Source: a virus
Lineage: Duplodnaviria; Caudoviricetes
DNA length: 33,971 nucleotides
Strand: one strand, 5' to 3'
IMG/VR virus record: IMGVR_UViG_3300048032_000483
Location: 1-33,971 of that record
This document shows positions 8,339-17,900 of the stretch, piece by piece. A program made the position numbers and the translations under genes. The stretch's first letter is position 1. Each line of letters starts with the position of its first letter. The notes under the pieces were generated by a model. That model saw nothing but the letters and a program-made list of their open reading frames with translations, had not been told where the DNA came from and searched no databases.

Positions 8339-8929
8339 TTAACTTCCTGCGCTAATTCTTAATGTATAGATTACTTGAATTTTACGGTTCATACTTTTTT
8401 GTATTGGATGGAAGACAATGTGAGTCAAGAAATGACCACTGTCTGTAACTAATCCAAGTTCGTCAAAAATATAATCGTCAGCAAAATCTGATGCTTGGTC
8501 TAAAGTATCAGCATCTGCTGGCTCTGCGTAATCTAGTGTACTTGTAACAACAACATCAGCAAATGTTTTGCCTGCGTATTTTACTACATCAATTTTGTTT
8601 TCAGAGTCAACATCTGCAACAGACTTTCTATATGTCTCATTGTATAGTTCACCCGTTGTTGTTTGAACGTCTGGTGTTTTATATGCGACACTTCCTGAAA
8701 CATCAACAGTACTTGCTCCGTTACCGTAAGCAATATTTGTAATGTTCCATGTTGCATTTGATTCTTCTTCCAACTCATTAGCTAGCAAGCTGGCAAGAGC
8801 AACTGCCATATTAACATAGTTAATGGCATTGTGCTTGTCTAACAGAATTTCTCCAGTTTCATAATCTTTTACAAGAACATGACCGTCGATACCTGCTGTT
8901 GCGTAGTCAGCTATTTGTTTGTTGTTCAT
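8339..8929 (-). CDS. Baseplate/tail-fibre attachment protein
   Basis: Position in the baseplate cluster. IAYGNG and FDELGL...HPIQKS motifs resemble tail-fibre collar/baseplate wedge proteins. It has its own late promoter and AGGAG RBS. Confidence 0.6.
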   Translation of the reverse strand: MNNKQIADYATAGIDGHVLVKDYETGEILLDKHNAINYVNMAVALASLLANELEEESNATWNITNIAYGNGASTVDVSGSVAYKTPDVQTTTGELYNETYRKSVADVDSENKIDVVKYAGKTFADVVVTSTLDYAEPADADTLDQASDFADDYIFDELGLVTDSGHFLTHIVFHPIQKSMNRKIQVIYTLRISAGS

Positions 8930-8945
8930 AATATTCTCCTAGTAG

Positions 8946-8953
8946 TATTTATA
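8946..8953 (-). promoter_or_regulatory. T4-type late promoter TATAAATA
   Basis: Exact T4 gp55 consensus in the short intergenic gap between the giant gene stop (8955) and the AGGAG RBS of the 8929 gene. Confidence 0.85.
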
Positions 8954-8954
8954 C

Positions 8955-11900
8955 TTAAAAGGCCGTGCCTTGGCCATTAGCTTGTAATGTTTTTGCATCA
9001 AGGCTTGAACTTGTATTATCTAGTATACTCTTGCCAATCTCGTTTAATCTTAGAGAAGAATCTCTTATAATTGATTCAATTGTATCTAGTTTATTGTTTG
9101 TTACATCTATAATCGTATCTCCTGATACTATTTTTGCGGCATACTCGCCACGTGTGACATCAAGTAGTGTGTCACCGTCTACTCTGCCGTATTGTAGAAC
9201 TTCATTATTAATTAATGCAAAGCCTCCTGTCGGAATAAACTTTAGTCCCTCGCCTACCGATAGGATAATGCTAGTGTCGTCACTTTCTGTGTCGGCATCT
9301 ACTGTTGCAGTCATTGCATCCTCTAGGGCATATACACTTATATACCCATTATTGTCTTGCAGATATTGATATGTACGGCTATCTGCATCAACAGTGTTAC
9401 CTGCTGTGTTAGTTAATACACGAACACTTAAATGTTCTTGTGTATCGAAATAATATATTGCTCTGCGTCTACCAACAGCACCAACATCTGTTCCAGTAAG
9501 TGACCAATCATAACTGTTATTAAATCCACCACCTGTTAGTGTGTCTGTTGATGCTGTGTCTGTAAATGATGGTGCGGCGAATGTGTCTTCGGTATCGCCA
9601 CCAAAGTCCAGTGAAATCTCATCTCCTAAGTACTCAATTTGGAATGTCTCTTTAGGATCCAATTGCTGTGAGTCGATTGTAATATTAAAGATGTGCGAAT
9701 CGTTTATAGCTAAATTTAAATTCTCATCTACTGTATACTTATCAAACACTGTTCTTACTTTAGTATGGAATGGTTTTACTGATTCCAAATATCCTACAAC
9801 TTCATTTACTGTATTCTTTTTATATACCTTTGGTTGTTCGTCAAGTTTGTTTTCTATTTCTGCTTGAATATACGTTGTTTTGTATACCCAGTCAACCTGT
9901 TTTTGTGTACTAATTGCATATTTTACCATTGCAAAGAAGAACTTGTTAAAGTTATCTTTATGCATTTGGATGAATATATCGTTGCGTAAGGCTTCAATAA
10001 CATGGTATGCATAGATAGCTGTGTTCTGATCCCAACCACCCTGATCCCATGATCCAAAATCCCAACCCATGTCGTTATCTTTATTACTAATAAAGTCATT
10101 AAACTCTATGGTAGCATTTCTCTTGTGTGTTAGTATCCACTTATCGTTAATCCAATTAAATATTTCACTCTCATCTAATTGCTTTGATGCATTGTAGATA
10201 TTAATGCCAACAGTTTGGTGCTGTGTTGGATCTACTGCCAATGCTTGTACTCTGTTGTCAACTAAGATTGTTGCACGTTTATAACTTGGGTGTGCTGGGT
10301 GTACGTAATCTGCATACTCCCAAACTCTAGTCATATCATATAGTTGACTAATCATTACCCAGTCATTAGTATTAATATCAATAAATTCGTCTGTACCACT
10401 TGTAAATGAACTTAATGCTTCATATACAATCCTATTAGAAATTACTCTGTCACCAATAGTATATGATGTTGATGCAATCCACTCAGGTACTAGATCTGCA
10501 TTTACACCAAAGTCAATAATTCTACTTTTATCTGTAAGAGTTCTATCCCACTTGTATGGTAAGTCTTCAAATAAATTCATTTCTTTAAGCATGCGGTTAG
10601 CAACACTTAGTGCCTGGCGTCTAGTTTCATATTTGTCTTTATACCAAGTTTGTCCAATCTTTCTATCATCACCAAATCTATTATATGGGTGCAATGTTTC
10701 ATTTGGTAATTCTCTATCATAACCACTTTGCAATCCAGTAACATTGTCTCTAAGTCCTACAAACCAGTACTCAGGAATTGTATCTGTACCTTCATTTAGG
10801 ATGAACCAATTGTTGTGATTCATTTCTGACTCGTATGTTAGTTGCAACACTGTATCGTCATTTAGATAGTGTTGTGCGTTAGCAATAATAATTTGCTTGC
10901 TGTCTACTAATGCCATCCAAGCGATACCAGCTTGTGTTGGATCTCGTAGAATGGTTGCTAGCTGTTGTGTGCTATAAATTCTATCTGTGTTTGGAACATA
11001 TAGTTTTTCTTTAACCCAGAAATAATAAACAACATCATAGTCACTTGTAGAATCGTTCCAAATTTGATCCTGTGTATAGTAATAAATGTCCTCACCAACA
11101 CTTGCATCAAACTCTTTAAATACTTCACCAGTGGCAACTGTGCCATAAATTTCTTTACCTTCAAGTACTGCATTTTTATATTCGTCTGGTGGTACTGATG
11201 ACTTGGTCCATTCATAAACTTCAACAACACTGCCAGTAATTAGTTTACCCCAATGCTCTTTTCTGTAATTATAATCACCTTGATCATAATCCCAATAGTT
11301 GATTGACGAAGTATTAAACCAAGTAGTACCTACTCTTTCTTCGCCCCATGCATTTCTTTCGTTGCCTTCGAATAATAAATCTGTACTGTTAGTATACTGT
11401 GCTAAATCATATTCACTAATGTTATCTAACTCACGCATAGCAACACCAGGCCATAATCCTCTTGCTGGATCATAAATTTCTAAATCTACTAAACTTGATT
11501 GCTTACGTCCATCATAAATTGATGCACCGATTACTTTGTTATATCCAGACTCTTTGGTATGTGTAATACGCTTATTGCTGTATCTACCAGACACTGGTTT
11601 ATAGCCTTGTCCTCCAGCCCAGCGGTGTACACTTGTACTTACTCGACTTTGTCCATCTCTAGATGTCCAAGCCAGCTCTTGTAATTTTGGATTATAATAA
11701 TCACTGCTAACACTTGCTGTTCTGTCGTTTGTTCTAAAGAATCTAGAGTTACGTAAAACAAATACTGATGGCGAACTTCCGCAATCTTCAATATACATAT
11801 CAATATAGAAGCTATTAGGCTCTGTAATATCACCAACACGTGTAACTTTGTGTATACCATCACAGCTAGGTTGCGTAGTAGTGTTAACTAGCATTACATA

Positions 11901-14900
11901 ATCACCAACTTCAAGGTTGTGTGCTTTTTGTACTGTAACACGAGCATCGTTACCTTCTGGGCTATCTACACCTGCACAAATACTACATTCAGTTTTTCCT
12001 TCGTCAAACGTGTATAGTCCAAAGTCTTGAACTGATAATACATTCCAATCCCAAAACTTACTGTCAATACTGTCTGTTTGAACTTTTTCATAATCAGTGT
12101 CATCTAATACAAAAATATTAAACAATGCTGGATCATTGAAACTGTCTACATCCCAGAACGTTTTCTGGTCATTAAAATCATTTTCAACTGGCGTTGATAA
12201 TGAATAGTATGTGCCTGCATTAATACCTGCTTCAGTTTGTAACTCGGTGTTGTCTCCAATAACTAGTGTACCATTAGAACTTTGTACAACTAGTCTTCCA
12301 TTTTGTACTACACTTGCAGTTATGCCTGGAATATTGGCGCTGTTAATAAAATCTCTCGCATCTGATACAGTACTTGAATCCTGTCTTATAGATGAAGGAT
12401 ATCCGGTTTGTACTGGAAAGCCGTATGTTAAGTTAGCATTACCACTAATATCTAATGTGTCTTGTGATGGGTCAATAGAGCTACCAATTATTTTAGTAAG
12501 CACTAGATTTTGATTTGCATCTAGTGAAGCTGTTACATTAGGAATACTTGCTGCATTAATTAAGTTGCGAGCAATTGCTGTACTAATAGGTTCGTTTACT
12601 GTAATATTATCTACTGCTGGTGGGAAACTACCTGCAGCTATTCCTAAATCTGCATTTGCTGTTCCGTTACTTACAAATAATGCACCAGTAGTGTTTCCGT
12701 TTACGTTTTTAATTATTGAGATAACACCGTTGCTATCCTTTTGAGCTGTTACATTTGGAATGTTTGCCGCAGTAATAAATGCAACAACATCATCTGCATC
12801 AATATTAACACCTGTAATAGGAGGCCCACTAGTAACAGTATCTTGAATTGTATATGTTACTGTAGCTTCTGAGTCTGCATCAGGTGGTGATGGCAATGCT
12901 GGTGTAATTGTAACTTCTGCATTAACAAGATCAACCACTTCAGTATATCCTGCTGGTACAGTAACAGTGACAGTATCAACGTTAGCTGGTATTGTTAATG
13001 GCCAAACTGTTGTTGTAGAATCGCCAGTAATAGTTTCTGACTGATCTGGATTTGGTGTCGTTGTTACTGTTGGTGTTTCATCTGCTGGATCCCAAAGGTT
13101 AATTGTTGTGCCTTCAATCTCTAAAGTTTTTCCATAATTGTCAACGATAACTGTACCAGTACCTAACGCATTTGAATTTACATGTGGGTTACCTGAAAAC
13201 GGTTGTGTTGTATCAATAATTTGTTGTTGTGATGTTACTACTAAGCTAACTGATGTATTGTCAATGTTTAATGTTTTAGGACTTTGTACTGATTGATTTG
13301 ATCCAGTTACAGCAATTGCACTATACAATGTTGTAGTTTTATTGAAGTAAACACTTACACCATCAATAACTGCACTAGGTGTTCCACTTTGACGGAAGCT
13401 AAATGTTGGGTTACTTACACTACCTGTCTGGTCATTGTTTGAAACTTCACTTGTATATCCAATAAAGTTAGTATTACATTTTAGTAACATACCGTTACGT
13501 CTAACTCTGTCGCCACGTTTGTAACTAGTAGTACCATTCCATGTTGGAATGTTAGCATAGTCTGCTAATGAATCATATAGTGTATCTAAATCAGGAAGTT
13601 TTGGTACTACGTAATCAACTTCTGTTTCTAGACAATCACCCGCAAACATTGGGTATTGTTTTTCCATTGTAACTTTTGGAAAGTCTACTTGTATCTCATT
13701 GTTTACATAAACTGGTGAATCATTAAAGAAGTCAATCAGTCTAATGTCACTTGCATTGTTAGATCTTTTTAATTCAATCTCTGTTGTTTTTCTTCTTGTT
13801 GGATCACCCATGTAACCATTTCTAAACATCCATTCTTCTTTGGTAGTAAGGTTACTGTTTCCTAAATTAATTAATGTACTACGATTCAGCTTTGTTGCAA
13901 TACCAGTAGTACCTCTGTCTTTAATCATTTCGCGATAGAAGTTACTTAATACATTGTCGCTTAAATTAAATCCTTTGCTCCAGTCCCTATCAATATTTCC
14001 GTTAGTAAGTTTTTCCATTTTACTAATGTCGCTATTGTCAATTTTAATATCTGTTTTATAATAGTAGTCTATTTGGTTAACACTAGAATCAAAGTTTGGA
14101 TTAATTCCATTTGATTTTACGATATATCCTTTTGCAGATTTATGACCTTTCCAGCCATCTGTACGCTTGCCTTTAATGTGTAAGCGTTGATGTCTAACAT
14201 TTGAAATGTCATCAAAAATAGTACTGTTAAACTGTGTTTTATTTGACAGTAACAATCCATGTTCGTAATCTACTTCTGAAAATCCTGCTGAGCCTATTAA
14301 ACTGCCATCAGCTGTAATCGCTCTAAGTTGGTTTTCAGTTCTAACTACTCTTAAATCGTCAGCTTCAATCTTTTTACCTTGCGGGTCTAATAATTCGTTT
14401 TGATGTTCTGGAGCAGCACCAAATTCTAAAATGTGTCCATGGTCTGATTGGTAACCAACACCTGAACCGATGTCAATAATATATACTTCGCCAATCTGTG
14501 CATGTGTTGTCCAATTTGCAAAGCCAAATGCAGAGCTACCAATATCGTTTGTTGCTAGTACACCTCTTGATTTTAAATAGTGATCATAGCCTCTAATAAA
14601 ATTATATGTGTCTTGTACTCTTGAAAGTACTGCACCATATTCAATATAACTTTCTTTTGCACTGTGCTTGGTATATTGTCTAACTACACCGTTGTTATCT
14701 AGCTTTAGATTTTTGTATGCATTAGCACCTTGTATAAGTGGCTCATTAAAAGTAAAACGCTGTTGTGCGTTACTGATACCTTTTATACGGAAACCTTGAC
14801 TTAATTTTTCAATGTAAATTTGGCTTGCTACATCTACTCTTGTTGGTTTACCTTCAAGTAATACAATCTCATAATCATTGTCATTAATTTTAAATGCGCC

Positions 14901-17900
14901 GCTTATACCACTCTCAGTTTGAATGTTTAATAATGACTTATCAGTAAAGCCGCCCATTTTAATTAGCAACTGTGTGTCTATACTTTTGTATAGTTGCTCT
15001 AAGTCAATGCTCTCATTATTTCTTTTAATTTTATTTAATTGTGTTACATTAATACCATTAGCATGGAAAGGTATAACTTGCTTTACCATATCAACATTTG
15101 CATAACTAAACGTTTGCCCGCCAACATTCTCAACATGTTTGGCTGCATCCTGATCAAAGTTATTACCTCTGGTTGTTAATGAAACATGTGTAAGTTCTCC
15201 AGAAGCATTAACATTTGCTATTGCTGATGCGCCTAATGAACTTGCAGGTGATATGATATCTACTGTGCTATTTGTACCTAACCCTGTTGAGCTATCAATT
15301 ACGTTAATAGACTTAACTGTCTCTCCATATAATCCGCCATGGTAATGTAATGCACTAGGAGATATTCTTTTGTTGTTCACTAAGCTGTGTTTGTCTACAA
15401 TAAACCCTGGTTGGAAGAAGTCTGTCCACGCCTTTGTTCTGTTTAGTTTAACAATTGAACCAACTAATGCGCCAATACCTTCACCACTATGTCTCCAACG
15501 TCTTTCGATATAACCATAGTCTCCCCACTCAAATGGTACTGCGGCATCAATAGGATCTGGTGTACCTAGTACAACTTCTGGATCCTCTAATGTGCCGTCT
15601 GTTTTAACTGGACAATGATTATCCCAATCCCAATAATAACGAGCATGTGCTACACTTTGTTCTGACACACCTAAGTTATGCCAGATCATTTTTTGTTGTC
15701 CAGTTCTTAGTGCTTCTATTAAGCTAGCACGTTTGATTGGATCAGTCCAACTATAATGGTCATCCCACCAAGCTGGCTTCCAAGCAAAGCCTAGTATTAT
15801 CCAAGGCATACAATCTGGACGCTCTGTACCGAATAAGATGATGTAATTTCCTTGCCACGATCCTGGCAGTTTATTTCCTGTAAGGTGCTCCATGTGTCCA
15901 TGCAAGTCCATTGAATTATAATTCCAAGTATTTGAATTTGCAGGATCATATTCATCTTCTTTATCAATATTCCAGATATTATTCTTGTTCATCCATTTAC
16001 GGAAATATTTTTCCATAGAGTTATTAACATCGTTTAGTGTATACCAGGTGTCTCTGTGTTGACTTGGTAAGTATTTGTTTGCTGAAATATAATGTTCTGT
16101 TTCAGCAAGGTTGTTATAAATTCTTGTTTCAAGATCCCATAAACATGCAACTACTGGATCAAAAGTTTGGCTATTCATATTATACAAGTCAAAGTTTTGA
16201 TTACCTACTTGCATCATTGCACCATCATGTCCTACAAACTTGCCGTTGTCAATATGGATAAATCTTGGAAATTCTAATCCAAGTTTTGTCATACTTGCAG
16301 GTACGTGACTTACTTTGTCCATTTCGTGATAGTAAACTGTTACGTATGGAAGTTGGCTTGGTATTTCTATTGCATTTACTAGTAAAGTAATTTCACTTCC
16401 GTTAACTGTGTAGTCTGAATCTTTATGTAAAATTCGAGTAGTCATATATCCTAGACCATTTTTATCATCTGTTAGATATATGTAGTAATGATCTTGTTTA
16501 GTTCTATCCGAGTTAAATGTAAATTTGGTTGTAAAAGTTTGGTTGTTACCTGTAAGTTCGATACGATCAAAGTTTTCTTCTCCAGTGTATATCATATTAC
16601 TATCTGCATGCAGTAATGTGCCTTTGCGTGTAACTGTGATATTATCAACCGCTTGGTTTACAATGTCTTTAACGCTTGACCAACTTTGTTGTTTATATAA
16701 TTTTTTAACTTGAGCAATAAATCTTTGTTTAAAGTTATCCCATTCTCTACCTTGTTCAACTAGCCCAGCTGATACATTTAATGAATCTTCACTTAATGTA
16801 ATGTCTTGCATTACACTAATATCATCATGTCTAAATATTGTACCGCCATTTGTTTGTACACTGAACTTGCGGTGTGAGTTATTATTACCATCGCCTTGCC
16901 CGTCAAACTCTACTGCACTTTCAATAATGCTTTTCCAGTGATCCAATGTTTCACTGAATGTAAAAGTATCAATAGTTTCGTTTGTAGCATTGTGCTTGTG
17001 TACTTCTGGAATTTCAGTATCCAATGTGTAACGAAGTTCACTTGTATAATATTGTACATCAACTACACTATCAGTTTCTAATAATGTGCTTGGCACAATA
17101 ATTTGGTTGTTTGTAATGGTATACTTACTGCATGGTACAAATTTACCATCAATATAAAGTTTATGATATACTTGATTAATATCATCAACAACAATAATTC
17201 TTCCAGTGCCTAAATGAGGACAACCATAGTAATAATAATCATTTGCGTTTGAGTCAAACTCAATGTCATATGTATATGGTGCTGTTAAACTAATTGTTGT
17301 GTAGTTTGTTTCAACATTATAATCTTTATCATATATTTCTAAATCGCCAACTAGATCATGGAATTCATATTTTTTATTTCGTTGCATAATAAGCTGTGGC
17401 TTTAGGTATCCATAATCATGATATATACCTTTCATATAAAGCTCACGTACTGCAAAACAATCGTCTGCTTCATAAAATAAGAATTCTTTATTTGTTTCCC
17501 ATGAGTCACTACCTACTGGAATTTCTAATGCAACACTTGGGTCACTAACAACAACTTGGTAATCAGTTAAAGATCCAATAGGCTTATAACTTGTCTGATA
17601 ATTTGACTTATAATGTATGCCTTGTTTGTAATAATAGTATCCAGGTATATTACTTTGTACAGCCAATTGGCTTCCTGAAGATAATGTTTTGCTGTATGTA
17701 ACTTCTGTATTATCTAAAAAATTCTCAAATACAATCTCTGCCTTAAATCCAGTATCTTGATATGTTAATGCAAAATTTAACTCTGGATCCTTTTTACCTG
17801 TACCAGGTTTGTATCCAAATATTTTACTTCCTCTATCAGTACTGTTAGGGTATTTGTTTGTGTCTGATAATAAAGTTTGATCTTCATCATACAACTTAAA

